DNA of 63,939 nt, the filler included, from Reclinomonas americana ATCC 50394 (taxonomy: Eukaryota), in assembly GCA_048213135.1 (NCBI GenBank). It is 4 parts of 2 records of this genome, joined end to end, with 100 filler letters (N's around TTAATTAATTAA, not from the genome) between each part and the next. Parts side by side here need not be neighbours in the genome. Positions count along the whole stretch, not along the records: positions 32,672 to 61,691 come from PS015302.1; 3 more parts are not named here. One strand, 5' to 3'. Below are positions 46,428 through 60,056 of the stretch, piece after piece; the first letter of the stretch is position 1, and each line of letters opens with the position of its first letter. The notes under the pieces were generated by a model. It did no database searches and was not told the origin of the DNA. It worked only from the letters and a program-made list of their open reading frames with translations. Made by a program: the position numbers and the translations under genes.

Positions 46428-49400
46428 CTACGAAGAGTGCTCGGGGGGTGGCCGCGATGGCTCGTCTGGTTCCGGGATGGCGAGTTTGTTGTATCGGTAG
46501 GCCAGTTTGTGTGCCTCGATGAACGCCACCAGCTCCGACTCCAAAGGCACGTGGACCGCCCCGGGTGCGAGTGGGCGCTCATCTTCACCGTCCACGGCAG
46601 GCGCACGTGGTGACGGTGGCGGACTGTGGCGAATAAAGATGTCGTGCAGCCGCTTGTGTTGAAAGAGAGTCCACCACAAGACGAATGCGGTGGCCGCGAC
46701 CAGCACCACTCCAGCCACCGAAGCCAGCGCCGCACTCTGCTGGAACACACAGAATACTGCACGGGAGGCCGTGGAGTCAGAGTTCCATGGTACGGTGGGA
46801 ACCACAGCAAAAAACACACGGACCGAGCCAGATGCCAATGTATAGCAGCAAGTAGCCGTAGACGATCTGCGTGAGATTCTTGAGGATCTCTGGAGTGCTG
46901 TGCATCGGTGTCAGACAGTTTCTCTACATGCGCACACACACATGCGTACACGTTCCACTTGCCAGTACGGCGACGTGACCGGCCCATCATACGCAAAGGC
47001 ACTCTCCGTGTGCGACAACCAGTTCCATTTCTGTGCGACAACCAAGTTCAGTACAAATCGACATGCAGGAGAAGCAACAAACACACTCACATGAACAATG
47101 TGTCGCACGTACAAGGTGCACAGGCACAGGGGTACGACGACTGGTGAGAATACAGAGTACACCAGTGCCACCTGTGTTGGAGCGATGGTTGTTACGAATT
47201 GCACACAACAACAACAACAACAACAACAGCAGCACGATTGTCGTCACCCACCCCAAAGAGCAGGCTATCCTGGGCGTATTTGGAGTTGAACTCGGGCGCA
47301 GCAGGACGAATGGCGTGCGCCATTTCCTGTGGGGTCTGTGCACGCGATCAAAGTCAGCATCGCACGCGGTCCTCTTCACCACGAACACGGCTGACGCACC
47401 ACGGCGGACCAGGCCTGGAATCAAGACATCGTGTGAGATAGTATCGACAAACACGTCAAGAACAAGCAGCGCACACCTGAAAGTGCATGTCGAAAAAGTG
47501 CTTCAGTTGTGCCATGCGCGCGGCAGTGCCAATGAAGAAACTCTGCATCACATACGCCTGCAATTCCACCTCTTAGCGTCGCAGCGCATGCATGAACTGC
47601 ATCACTCGCGCATCACTCACCACAAAGAATGCACAACTTCGCAAAAGCACACCAAACAACATGAATTTTGAGTGCACATGCACAGAGAGTGAGAGGAGCG
47701 ATCATGCGACTTACGTGGAGGCCGTAAACACCTGCGGGGAGCGCGACAGTTGGACAAGAAGGCAAGGTACACAAGTAGTGACAGCAGGCGCACGTAACAT
47801 GCTTCAGAGCCCCTGAAAGGTCGCTGCCAGTCTTGTGGACCTCGATAATGGCCTCCAGCGTGGAAATGGCAAGCGACGGTAGAATGACTGTGGACACGGC
47901 CAGGTACGTGCATGTCCGTCCGAGAACCGCCGACCGCAGGCCTCGGCGAGAGACAGGCCTCTCGTGCCGCGACGTGTCTACCACTCCACTGTCAGCTCAC
48001 GCCAATGTCTCCCGAACGCCGCCGCCGACTCAAACGCAACATTGCACAACTGCCGGCTATGCGCATGCAAGCAGCGAGAACAAAGTGAGAAACCCACCGA
48101 GCGCGTGTGCTAACATACGCGCAACACACGCACAATGACCAAGTTGACCCAGTAGAGGAAGAACATGGGAACCGAGTACCTGCGGCGACTTGACGTGAGT
48201 CACCAGACAGACAGCAGAATTGGAGAGACAGGAAACAATCAATCGCACGTGGCCATGGTCGCCCAAAAGGCTGCGATTGAGGGGAACGCAGTCTGCACGT
48301 CAGCTACGAGATACAAACATACGACGACCGATAAGAGACACGCACGCACCACTGGCCCCGGTGGTGAGGAAACGGGTGGCACCGCCAATCACATCCACGC
48401 TCGCCATCTGGCACGTGCATGTGAGACAGTGTGGATGCACACTGCCGAGGCATATGCGCACGGCTCACCTTCTCCAGGGAGGTGAGGACGGCCAGTGGAG
48501 AAGAATAAAACACCAGAAACACAATAAAGAGGGAGCGCCATATCAGCACACGCCAGTACCGCTGCCACTTGGTGTAATGCAAGTTCTGTGGCACTCGTGT
48601 CAGGAGTCTGCGTGGTATACGTGCCGTCGTATGTGCATGCACAAACCTCCCAGATTACGTCTTCGGGTCGCGGAGCCGGATGGAATCCCCACGATACGGG
48701 CAGATCACCAGCATGCTGCGCAGCATGTGTGCATCGTCGTTCAGTTGTCATCCGATGCAAGCTCAAAAAAGAACCCCTTGCACCTTCAGGCACTGCGCGG
48801 CAGAGTCGGGGTTCCAGAAGGTGACAAAGGCACGCGAACCCGACAGCGTGTTACTGCGTGTCGGATCGGCCAGTGCGCGCTCATACTCCAACTTGGTTCG
48901 TGCGATCGTCAGCTGCTGGTCAATTTCGCGTGCGGTCGACTCCCCACGCTGATCGCAGCCGCAGCACATGCACCGGCACTGCATGCGACCCTTGATTTCA
49001 TCACGCGCAGACATGAACTGCAGTAGGCGTACTCGCTCACGCTCCGCACGCAGAGCATCAAGGCGTTGACAGGCCTGCGTGCGCACAGCATGAACAATCA
49101 GCAGACAAGACACACGGTTTGCTGATACCAGCAGCCAGACGAACCGCGACAAATCGATGCAACACTGGCACCACCTGCAGACATGCACAGTGAGAGAGAG
49201 GGAGAGAGAGAGCACACTCTGAATTGCACTGCGACTCGACAATCACCTCAATGTGCGCCACTTGTTCTGGTCCATGTCTGTGGTCGCGCAGCACGTGCGC
49301 AATGTTCTTGCGGACGGCGGCCAAGGTGGCTCTCGGAAGCCCGTCTATCATCACCGTGTAGGGCGCCAGAGAGAGTTCCAACGAGGCAGCCGACGGCGGA

Positions 49401-50456
49401 GCCACAGACGGCAGCAACGATTCGACGTCGTGTTCACCGCCGTGACCAACCTGCTCCGAGAAGAGCTGGGCGTGGCGATAGACACCGAGAGAGAACGGCA
49501 GCACGTGGAACCGCTGAAACGCATACAACACGACACAGGCAGTCAGAATGACCACCGCCATGTGACTCCACAGTCGCGGTGAGCCCGGGGCGACCTGTGT
49601 CCATCACCGTCAGCAGGAGCAACAAGAAAAGCAGTGGCCACACAAGCACGAAGCATTCTCAATCGTGGTGATCGCAAACGCTGCATCGGTGACATTGGCG
49701 ATCTCACGATACAATGGCTGATCGTCCAGCGCGTTGCCAGTGAGGTTGAGAGGCAACTAGACGAGCAACACCGTTGAGGGAGAACGTTGGCTGCATCGCT
49801 GTGTGTGCAACGAGCTGTCGAACCGTGACCAGCAACGCCGGGACCGACAACATCAACAGCAGCGCGATGAGACGCTTCTCAAACGCCAGAAAGATGACCA
49901 CGTCACGACTCAGTCGATTCTCAAACTGCGCGCACACGCACACACGCAGAGCAAGCGATCTTCAGCAGGCAGCGAAGATCCACAACAATCGCGATCCCCG
50001 GCTGCGCAACGTCACGATTCTGCCACGAAAACACCTCCGTCCACGAGAACACACCATCGCCCAATCGCGGCGCTTGTTCCACTCGCCGAAACGCATCGCC
50101 TGTGACTGCCGTGAGCGGACGCTGCCGGCATGCACACACACATTCACAATTGATTCCTCTGTCACACCTTCCTCCATGGTCAACTCTGCAGCCGACGCCG
50201 CAGCAGCAGCAGCAGCAGAGGCCGATCCCTTGTCGTCACCACTCACTGTGCGCGTGCGTGACTGACGTGCACAGACAGAGACAGAGACAAAGACAGAGAG
50301 AGACACACCTCGTGCTTCATGCACAAGACACTCTTTGACACGTTCCAACACGCGACGCACTGCGCGCAGTTGCAGTCGTCGAGTCCATGGCACCAGTGAG
50401 AGAACGACACCAGCGACCACCAACGAGAAGACCAACGACGGAAGCAGCACTGCCAT
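46428..50456 (-). CDS. OSCA/TMEM63 (CSC1-like) mechanosensitive channel
   Basis: N-terminal TM segment, DVVIFLAFEKRLIALL, YTVMIDGLP, GSRAFVTF, PAPRPEDVIWENL, FLVFYSSPLAVL, LVYSVFSPVVVP, KWNWL...YDG. Confidence 0.85.
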
Positions 50457-50552
50457 CGCGATTGATGGAGTGGACAGTTTGATGTTGCTGACGTCACACA
50501 CCCGCACAAACAGGGGGTTTGCTTTGCCCACTTGAACCTTACAAGAGAGAAA

Positions 50553-51095
50553 ATGGCGACTGACTTTGCTGTGGCGCGTGTGAATGCGGGTGTGATGTCG
50601 AGGTGTGTGTGTGTGTGTGTTGTATGTGCTGCGTGTGTGTGTGTCTCTCTCACGCAGTTTCGAGCACAGGTTCGAGGGCAATGTGGTGTGTCTGGTGGGC
50701 GAGTGTGTGTCACAGGCGAGCTCCACTGCGCTGGTGAGGGCAAGCGATGGCCATGAAGTGCAGGTGTGTGTTCACGGAGAAAGAAAGAGAGAGATGCGCG
50801 CAGTGCTCATTTGTGTGTGTGTGTGTCTCTGTGTGAAGATTATTATGAAGCCCGGCAGCATGTACCCCAAGTTCGTGGAGGTCATTGGCTACGTGCTCCC
50901 CGGCAACCGCATCAAGGAGGAGCGGTACACGGGTTTCCCTGACAACTTTGGTGCGTGTTTTGTATGTGTGAGCAGAATGTGAGTGAGTGTGCATCTCATT
51001 CTCTCTCCTCTCTCACGCACGCAGACTTGGCAAACTACAACGAGATGCTGACACTGGCGCACACTCGCTTCCGCGACATGTTCATTGCGCAGTGA
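50553..51095 (+). CDS. RPA3: Replication protein A 14-kDa subunit
   Basis: RVNAGVMSRFEGNVVCLVG, ASDGHEVQI, KFVEVIG, FPDNFDLANYNEML. Confidence 0.88.
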
Positions 51096-51213
51096 GCGGG
51101 GGGGGGGGGGAGTTGGAATTCGCTGAGTGCAATGTGTGTTGAATCGATTTGTATTGCTTGTCTCTCTCGCTCTCTCTCGTTTGTGTTTGTGCTTGCGTTG
51201 CGCTTGGGAGCAC

Positions 51214-53159
51214 TCAAGTCGCCACGCTGGTGCACCGGGCAATGCGCTCGCGCAGCTCCACAATGCGTGCCGACTCGGGCAGATGCTCCGTCGACACCTC
51301 GCATGCCTGCCACAGCTCGTGGTTCACCTCGACCGGCGAGTCGAGCAGCACCAGTGCGGCCTCGAGCAGCTTCTCCGCTGTGTCGCACAATCGTAAGTGA
51401 GTGGACAGGTGGAGAGCACGAGCGGGGGTTCCACTCACCACCGTCGACGGAGAGCGACACCGAGGAATCAGAAATGGCGTAGGCCAGCGCACCCAGCACA
51501 GCAATCTCCGTGTCGTCACCCGTGCGCTCCTTGCCAATGTACACGTTGTGTGCCAGTGACGCAGCCACCTGCCACCAGCATCGCACAGTTACCCGTCAAC
51601 CATGCGTCACCGCCACTGCACTGACCGGCCATACACACAAACCTTCTTCTCCACCTCACTGGCGGCGTTGAGCGACTCCACCACGTGCGGCATAATTTGC
51701 TCGTAGATTGTCTGTCGCACAAAGTGTGCGCCTTTCGGGCTCGAGAACATGTTGCAGAACTGTGTACGACGGATGTGAGCACAACACACACGCACACACA
51801 CGCACACTTACAACTGCACCAACCATGCGCAGTGTCATGATCTTGAAGGGCGACGAAGCGGCCGACGTCGAAAAGTACCCCAGCAGCTTCTCGACCAGTT
51901 CACCTGCGCCGCACTTGCAAAGTGAGCGCACATGCGAGTCTGACATGATGGTGGCCTCATGCACACACCTTGCGTGTCAACAAAGCGATCGACAGCCGCC
52001 GGCAAAATGAATGCCAGCCGCTGCAAGTCGAGAGCCGGGAACAGCTTGTTGACCGGCAGGTGGCCAATGATGGTGGCTGCCAGCCCGAATAAGGAGACAT
52101 GCACACAAACATAAAGGAAATGCAAAAACAAACGTACCGAGTGTGCTGGCATCACCCTCGGAGAGCACGCGGTTGCTGCGCACGTTCTCGGCCGCGCGCT
52201 TGAAGAAATCCTCGTCGGCCACCAACGACGTGGTCATGGCCGCCTCCTGCTCGACAAACTCGCGCAACTTGCTAATCACCGTCTCCAGATTGGCGCTGGC
52301 AAACAAGTGCGGCTGCGGCACCGCAGCAGCAGCAGCAGCCGCAGCCGACACCGTCGGCGGTGGTTGCAACGGCGGTCCAGCTGTTCTCACACCTGTCAGC
52401 CAAAAGAACAAGGCACACGATGAGTAACACAAAGGAGGACCTGACGCAGGCACCGAGCTCGGCACCGGCCCGAGCGACGGAGCTGCCGGGTTGCTGAACT
52501 GGCGCAACATGGGCGCCAACATTGCCCCAAACGGCGTCGACAGCACCTCCGCCGGAAGCCCAGTGATGTCTGCAAGAACCACAGTTGTCACTAACAAACG
52601 ACACAGTCACTGTAAATGAAGCAGAGATAGAGACAGACGAGAGGGAATGTCGTTTCCGGTGAGGAACTTGGCGCACTCGGAGCTGAAGTTGTTGCAGTTG
52701 TTGGTGAGCAGATCGTACGAGGTATCGTTGAAGCGGTGGCTCATGTTGCCCATGAAATCCCTAAACACTTCCTCACTGATGTTGGTGCGTCCCAGCAGAA
52801 TCCGCTGCACTGGGTTACCGTAGGGCGTGCGACCAGGCTGCTCTCACATGAGAGAGTGAGTGAGAGTGAGAGTGCGTGCGTGCGTGCGTCAGTGACACGT
52901 AACATAGGGGAACTCTGAGACTCCCTGCCCAAAGGCGAACTCTTTGCCGTACACGACCACACCTGTGTGTGTGTATGTATGAGAGAGTGAGTGAGTGAGA
53001 GACTTCACATGTGTTGTGTGTCTGTTGTTGTCAGTTGTGTCACTGACCAGTGTGCCAGATGCCATCAATCTGCTTGCCCAACATCTGGCGCGACAGCATT
53101 CGCGCCATTCCCTGCGAGAGGTCGTACAAGTACACATACACTTCGTGTTCCTCGCCCAT
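51214..53159 (-). CDS. PPPDE/DeSI peptidase with C-terminal PUL-like domain
   Basis: [39 protein letters not shown] (catalytic His and Cys), [15 protein letters not shown]-terminal [29 protein letters not shown] are PUL-like. Confidence 0.88.
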
Positions 53160-53225
53160 TGTTGTCGGTGTGCGTGTCTGTGAGAGGACTGGAGGTAGGA
53201 CACAGTCAACTTCATTTTCGTTCAA

Positions 53226-56200
53226 TCAACGACGTTGACGCTTCTTGGCCGGCTTGTCGTCGTCGTCGTCATCGCCACCGCGATCGCGTCGAGAACCGCC
53301 GCCTCGGTCACCACCACCTCGACCTCCGCGATCGCCTCCTCCGCGATCGCCTCCACGTCCTCCTCGATCGCCTCCTCCGCGATCGCCGCCGCGATCACCA
53401 CGGTCACCACGATCGCCGCGATCACCGCGACCACCGCGATCGCCTCCTCCGCGATCGCCGCCTCCACGGTCATCGCCTCGGTCGCCGCCTCGAGCAAAGC
53501 CCTTGCTGCCGCGCTGCTTGAGCAGGCCTTCGATTTGACGGAATTCACTGTCCTCCTTGCTGGAGCGGCCTGCCCCGCCAGCGCCACCGGCACTGCGACG
53601 CGTCTTGCGGCCGTCGGTCATCTTCAGTCCGAATTGGAACGCGGCTCTGTGTAACGCGCGGGAGGTGAGATGGTGACGGTAGGCGACAGCGACGTGTCGA
53701 CACCAGTAATGCGTAACTTGGGCACGGCCTCTTGGGTCTCCTTGTAGCGCGAGTACTCCTCCTCGGTGGCAAAGTCGTAAGGGCGTAGCACTGGCTTCTG
53801 GCGCGAGTCCATCTTTGAAAAGTCGACCTCGTCGTCAGAGTCCTCGTCGTCCTCGCCGTAGCCGCCCTCGACACCGGCACCCGGCACGTCCGGGTAGCAT
53901 TCCATGTAGGGATCCTCCACCTCCAACTTGCGACGCTGCTTGGCCGTCGGCACCTCCACTGCACGGCACGTGGTGAGGCGCGAAATGAGGAACAGGAAAC
54001 AGATAATTCTTACCTCCGGGAACGCCCGGCTGGATGGTGGCTTTGACCTGCTTCTGCTTGTCGAGGAACTCCTCCACACGTCGGTCAATGTCCGAGGCTG
54101 CCGCCGTTCCACCCTCCGCCGTCCCAAAATACGACACGCGGGCTGCAGCAGCCGCCGCCGCCGCAGAGGCTCCAGTCGGAGAGACCACTTGCGAGGCGGC
54201 GGCGGCGGCGGCAAACGAGGGTGCACCGACGCCACGAGTGGCCAGCGGATCATACGGCTCGGTGGCGTCGGCAAAGATGCTACGCAGGCCAATTTAGGTC
54301 AGTGCGAGGCATGTAGCAAGGTGCGACAGACACACACGCGCGCGCATGTACGTACGCAACTCATCGCCGTCGTCCAGATCCATGGAGACTGCAGGTGCGC
54401 GTTTGACTGCCGCCGTCGTTGTCGCCGCCTCTGCGGTGTCGGTCTCTTTTTGCTCCTTGTGCGCTGCACACGATTGCGAGTCAACAATCAATCGCCTTGA
54501 ACATTAAAGTGAGACAAAACGTACATCGCTTCTTGCGGCGACTGAGTTTGCCTTGTCGGATGGCGGCGACAATGCGCGACACTTCCTCCAACACGTCGGG
54601 CGCCGGCAACGAGAACATGCGTTCCTGTGTTCCTACTAGTGAGACTTCTATTCACACACGAGCGTGTGCATAATAACAACGCAACATCTTGCGGACAGTC
54701 GAGTTTGGAGCGGACCACGGTCATCGGCACATCCTGGCGTGCATCCTCGTCGAGCGAGTACACGAATGCGGTTCTCCGCGGCAAGAAGCGGTCAGTCGAA
54801 CGCGGCAGAGCCACTGTGATGGTGATGATGGTGGTGCACGCCCACGTGAGCAAGAAGAGTGTGCCAGTGAGAAACCACGCAGCAGACGCAACTGTTCAGC
54901 GTGGACACATGATGATCAATGGCGGCATGCAGTGAACGACCAAAGGCCGTCCGCACCGCCACACTCGAGTCGCCATCAACTCTACAAGACGTCGCATGTC
55001 AACAAAGAGCTCATCACCTCGCCACTTATCTCTCGCCTCGCTCACGAAACGACATCAACTCGGTCCCCTTGCCGCCCTTACTCTTCTTCGCATCGCCACC
55101 AGGCGCAGCACCTGCAGCCGCCGCCGTCGACTTGCTCTTGGTGATCTCCTCGTACTCCATGTCGAAGCTCTCATCGGCTTTCGCGTCAAGCTTGTGCCGC
55201 GTCTGCAAGCGCCGACGCAATGAGCAGCAGTCCAGCACCGATTAATGTGCAACGCAAGACACACACGCCTTCTCCAGCAGCTGATAATCGAGACCCTTGA
55301 CGAGATGCGTCGTGCGCTCGTCACCGCCCAAGTACTTGGTCTCCTCCACACTGCAAGCACGTCACAAACAAAGCAATGCAGGGCAACAGACAGCAAAGGC
55401 AATCAAGGCGCAACGTCAGCTGCGTGGCCTTGCCCAGCATCAACTCAGCCTCCACGGCCTCATAGTCCGGAGCCTTGCCCTCACGCCTACAGTGCACGAG
55501 TGAGACAGGGAGACAGAGACAGAGGCAGTGTGTGTTTGTGTCAGGGAGGCCTTCTTTCTTTCCATCTCTCTCAAGAGNNNNNNNNNNNNNNNNNNNNNNN
55601 NNNNNNNNNNNNNNNNNNNNNNNNNNNNNNNNNNNNNNNNNNNNNNNNNNNNNNNNNNNNNNNNNNNNNNNNNNNNNNNNNNNNNNNNNNNNNNNNNNNN
55701 NNNNNNNNNNNNNNNNNNNNNNNNNNNNNNNNNNNNNNNNNNNNNNNNNNNNNNNNNNNNNNNNNNNNNNNNNNNNNNNNNNNNNNNNNNNNNNNNNNNN
55801 NNNNNNNNNNNNNNNNNNNNNNNNNNNNNNNNNNNNNNNNNNNNNNNNNNNNNNNNNNNNNNNNNNNNNNNNNNNNNNNNNNNNNNNNNNNNNNNNNNNN
55901 NNNNNNNNNNNNNNNNNNNNNNNNNNNNNNNNNNNNNNNNNNNNNNNNNNNNNNNNNNNNNNNNNNNNNNNNNNNNNNNNNNNNNNNNNNNNNNNNNNNN
56001 NNNNNNNNNNNNNNNNNNNNNNNNNNNNNNNNNNNNNNNNNNNNNNNNNNNNNNNNNNNNNNNNNNNNNNNNNNNNNNNNNNNNNNNNNNNNNNNNNNNN
56101 NNNNNNNNNNNNNNNNNNNNNNNNNNNNNNNNNNNNNNNNNNNNNNNNNNNNNNNNNNNNNNNNNNNNNNNNNNNNNNNNNNNNNNNNNNNNNNNNNNNN

Positions 56201-56329
56201 NNNNNNNNNNNNNNNNNNNNNNNNNNNNNNNNNNNNNNNNNNNNNNNNNNNNNNNNNNNNNNNNNNNNNNNNNNNNNNNNNNNNNNNNNNNNNNNNNNNN
56301 NNNNNNNNNNNNNNNNNNNNNNNNNNNTC

Positions 56330-56394
<65 letters not shown>

Positions 56395-56719
56395 CCTCTC
56401 TCTCTCCCCGCCACACCTCTCCTTTGCTCGATCGCGATAGTCTTGCAATCGCTTGCGTCGTTCCACATCTGAGTCGTCCTCCTCGTCGCCAGATGCACCA
56501 CCTTTAGAGTCACCTCCTGACCGCCTTTTCCCAAACACACAGTCAATCGCACTTGTCTCAGACACACACAGAGACACAGAGAGAGCGACGCACTTTTTCT
56601 TGTAAAACTCATTCTTCTTCTTCTTCTTGGCCGCTCTGCACACAATAGCAAGTGAGTCACACGCTCTCTCTCTCTCTTTTTCTCTGTCTCTCATTGTCTC
56701 ACTGTTGCTCCTCAGTCAT
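53226..56719 (-). CDS. IK: RED/IK (Smu2) spliceosomal protein
   Basis: YRDRAKERR, KYLGGDERTTHLVKGLDYQLLEK, DRFLPRRTAFVY, DVPMTVVRSK.DCP, YMECYP, DFATEEEYSRYKETQEAVPKAAFQFGLKMTDGRKTRR. Spans a gap at 55578-56327. Confidence 0.9.
53270..53492 (-). repeat. Coding (DRGG)n / RGG low-complexity repeat at the RED C-terminus
   Basis: Translation RGGDRGDDRGGGDRGGGDRGGRGDRGDRGDRG... Confidence 0.85.
56331..56406. repeat. (CT)n microsatellite next to an assembly gap
   Basis: Long near-perfect TC run. Confidence 0.9.
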
Positions 56720-56922
56720 TGTTGACTTGGGCTGTCGCTGACCGAGTGTGGCCAGCAAATCACGGAAATCATCATTGCGGAGACCGCCTCTGTGCACACA
56801 CACGTGTGAGAAGAGAGAGAGGCACAAGAGAGAGAGAGAAGCACGCAACGCGTCCATAGTTTGTGTGTTGCGTTTCGACCGTCTGTTCCAGTCAACGGGC
56901 TATCTCACACACAACGACTTTG

Positions 56923-59791
56923 ATGGACGCGGGCGAGGACCTGTGGCAGTCACTATTGGAGGAGACTGCGCGGTCGACGACGCAGCAGAGTGCTGACTGG
57001 ACGTTGGTGTTTGTTGGTGAGTGTGTGAGTGTGTGAAGATGGAGAGATGTCTGTGTGTGTGCGCGCGCGCGTAAAAAAGTGCCACGCATTCACTCTTTTG
57101 TGTGTGCTTGTGCATGTGTGTGTGTAGGCGATGAGGGATGTGGCAAGGACGCTATCATTGCGCGGTTCTTGGCCACGGCGGGAACACCAATGACAGGGAC
57201 AACTCCTGCGCGTGACATGGCCTCCTCTTCTTCCTCTTCCTCGTCTTCTTCCTCGTCAACTGCAGCTCCATCAGCAGCAGCAGCAGCGGGAGGAGCAGCA
57301 TCAGGTGCAACTGCTGCTGCTGGTGCTGCATCATTAGGCACTCCTGCAACAGCATCAGCAGCAGCAGCAGCAACAGCAGCGGCGCCTGCTGATGGAGGGG
57401 CCGCCAAGCTGATGGCGTTGAGTGGACCCGGTGTGGCTCTTGATTATCGCTTTTTTGAGAGACCAGACGAGGCAGGAGGTGCGGCAAGAGACGCACGATG
57501 CGAGAGCGTATTTCATGTTGATTGCTGTTGTGTGCTGCGCACAGACAAGCAACTGTTTCATGTGTGGCAAGTGGACTCGCCGGATCATCGCGATCTGCTG
57601 TCGCTGGCACTCAATCCGCGGACGCTGTCGCGAGCGGCGGTGCTGGTGGTGGTGGATGTGTCGCGACCGTGGCTCGTGCCGTCGTTGGTGGATCGATGGA
57701 AGAACGTCTTGCTACGACACGTGACCGATGTGTGCAAGCAGGTGCCGGAGAGCGTGCGAAGCGAGCTGGTTCATCGAGGTGTGCGAGGTCATCTGTCGAA
57801 ATAGTTAACGGGATCGCGCTCACACGATCACATCGCTCGTGTCGCAGGGAGCACGGCCACGGGTCTCCCCGACGCAGCGTTCGAGTCGCCACTCTCGTGG
57901 ATACCGCTGGTCTTTGTGGGTGCCAAGTCAGATTTGCATTCGCGTGCTTTGGGACAGCTGGAGCCCTTCAAGAAGCCGGAGATGGAGATCACGCCGCACA
58001 AGATGATGCGATATGTGCAGCACTTTTTGCGAAAGAGCGCCTTGGATTGTTGCGGACCGAATTACTTCTTCTTTCGCGCCCCTCATCGCTCCTCCTCGCC
58101 GTCCTCATTTTCGGGTCGTGTGTAGCATGCGCTGGTGTCGTGTACAGTTCAGCTCTCGATGGCACCAACTGCTCGTCGCTGTTTGATTATGTGCGGTTGC
58201 GTCTCATTGGTCGACCATGGGGTGGAGTGCCACAACCAGGCAACCCCACCGCGCTCTTTGTTCCCGCCGGACACGACACACCAGAGTTGCTTCGAGACGG
58301 TCTCGATGGTCAGGCACTCCTGCAATCGGTGCTGGAGGAGGCAGAGAAGGCGTTGGCTCATCCCAAGGTGCGGACTTCCACCCGATCTCATCCACGTCTC
58401 ACACGCTCACGCGCACACGCGCACGCAGGCCGCCGCCAAGGATGTGTATGTGGACCCAATGGAGGTCTTCCTTTCTAGGCACTTTAACGAACTAGGCTCC
58501 ATGCAGGTGCTCTCTCGCTTCGCTCCTCACCATCGGTGCTTCTGGCTTACTCATTCATCGATTCGCATGTGCGCAGCAGGAGAGCCAGGCCGCCCGCATG
58601 CGACAGCTGGGTCNNNNNNNNNNNNNNNNNNNNNNNNNNNNNNNNNNNNNNNNNNNNNNNNNNNNNNNNNNNNNNNNNNNNNNNNNNNNNNNNNNNNNNN
58701 NNNNNNNNNNNNNNNNNNNNNNNNNNNNNNNNNNNNNNNNNNNNNNNNNNNNNNNNNNNNNNNNNNNNNNNNNNNNNNNNNNNNNNNNNNNNNNNNNNNN
58801 NNNNNNNNNNNNNNNNNNNNNNNNNNNNNNNNNNNNNNNNNNNNNNNNNNNNNNNNNNNNNNNNNNNNNNNNNNNNNNNNNNNNNNNNNNNNNNNNNNNN
58901 NNNNNNNNNNNNNNNNNNNNNNNNNNNNNNNNNNNNNNNNNNNNNNNNNNTCCCGGTGGCGCCGGCCCCCATCACCCCGCGCACGTCGTCGACATCGGCG
59001 TTGCAGGTGCCGAATGCGCTGGCTGACGACATGGCACTGCGAAAACACTCGTCGCCCGCTCCCATGTCACAGCCGGCCGCCACCGCCGCGGCCGCGGCGG
59101 CTGCAGGCGCACCAGCCGGGGCCGCCGCTGCTGCCGCAGCCGCTGGCGCTGCCACCGACCCCAAAGGCGGAAGGGTGAGATTCTCCCCCCCNNNNNNNNN
59201 NNNNNNNNNNNNNNNNNNNNNNNNNNNNNNNNNNNNNNNNNNNNNNNNNNNNNNNNNNNNNNNNNNNNNNNNNNNNNNNNNNNNNNNNNNNNNNNNNNNN
59301 NNNNNNNNNNNNNNNNNNNNNNNNNNNNNNNNNNNNNNNNNNNNNNNNNNNNNNNNNNNNNNNNNNNNNNNNNNNNNNNNNNNNNNNNNNNNNNNNNNNN
59401 NNNNNNNNNNNNNNNNNNNNNNNNNNNNNNNNNNNNNNNNNNNNNNNNNNNNNNNNNNNNNNNNNNNNNNNNNNNNNNNNNNNNNNNNNNNNNNNNNNNN
59501 NNNNNNNNNNNNNNNNNNNNNNNNNNNNNNNNNNNNNNNNNNNNNNNNNNNNNNNNNNNNNNNNNNNNNNNNNNNNNNNNNNNNNNNNNNNNNNNNNNNN
59601 NNNNNNNNNNNNNNNNNNNNNNNNNNNNNNNNNNNNNNNNNNNNNNNNNNNNNNNNNNNNNNNCCCGTCTCCCCCGTCTTCATAACTCCATGTCTAAACT
59701 CGTGTGCTCTGTGCAGCAACCACATTTGGAGAGTGTGGCCCAAAACTTCTTCCAATCGATGCTCAACAAGTACCAGAAGAATCCGAGCTAG
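56923..59791 (+). CDS. DYNC1LI: Cytoplasmic dynein light intermediate chain
   Basis: EDLWQSLLEE, P-loop GDEGCGK, GVALDY, VWQVD, VVVDVSRPW, IPLVFVGAKSD, YVQHFLRK, LFVPAGHDT and C-terminal helix VAQNFFQSMLNK. Spans two gaps. Confidence 0.88.
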
Positions 59792-60056
59792 CCTTCTTTC
59801 GAGTGGATTCGCGTGGAGTGTGTGCATGGGTGTGTGTGTGTGCGCGGTTGCAGGATGCGATGATTGTGAAGTGAAAAAAGTCGTCAGTTTGCGAAGGACT
59901 GATTCCGTTCATCTCCGTCCGTGACCGACTGAAGGATCACTAAGAGGGAGAAGAGAGGAGAGACACTCCACTTGCTCATCGAAACAACGAAAAAAGTATC
60001 CGAACACACGCCAATCATCATCGTCCACAAAGGAGTGATCGTGAATCACACACACC

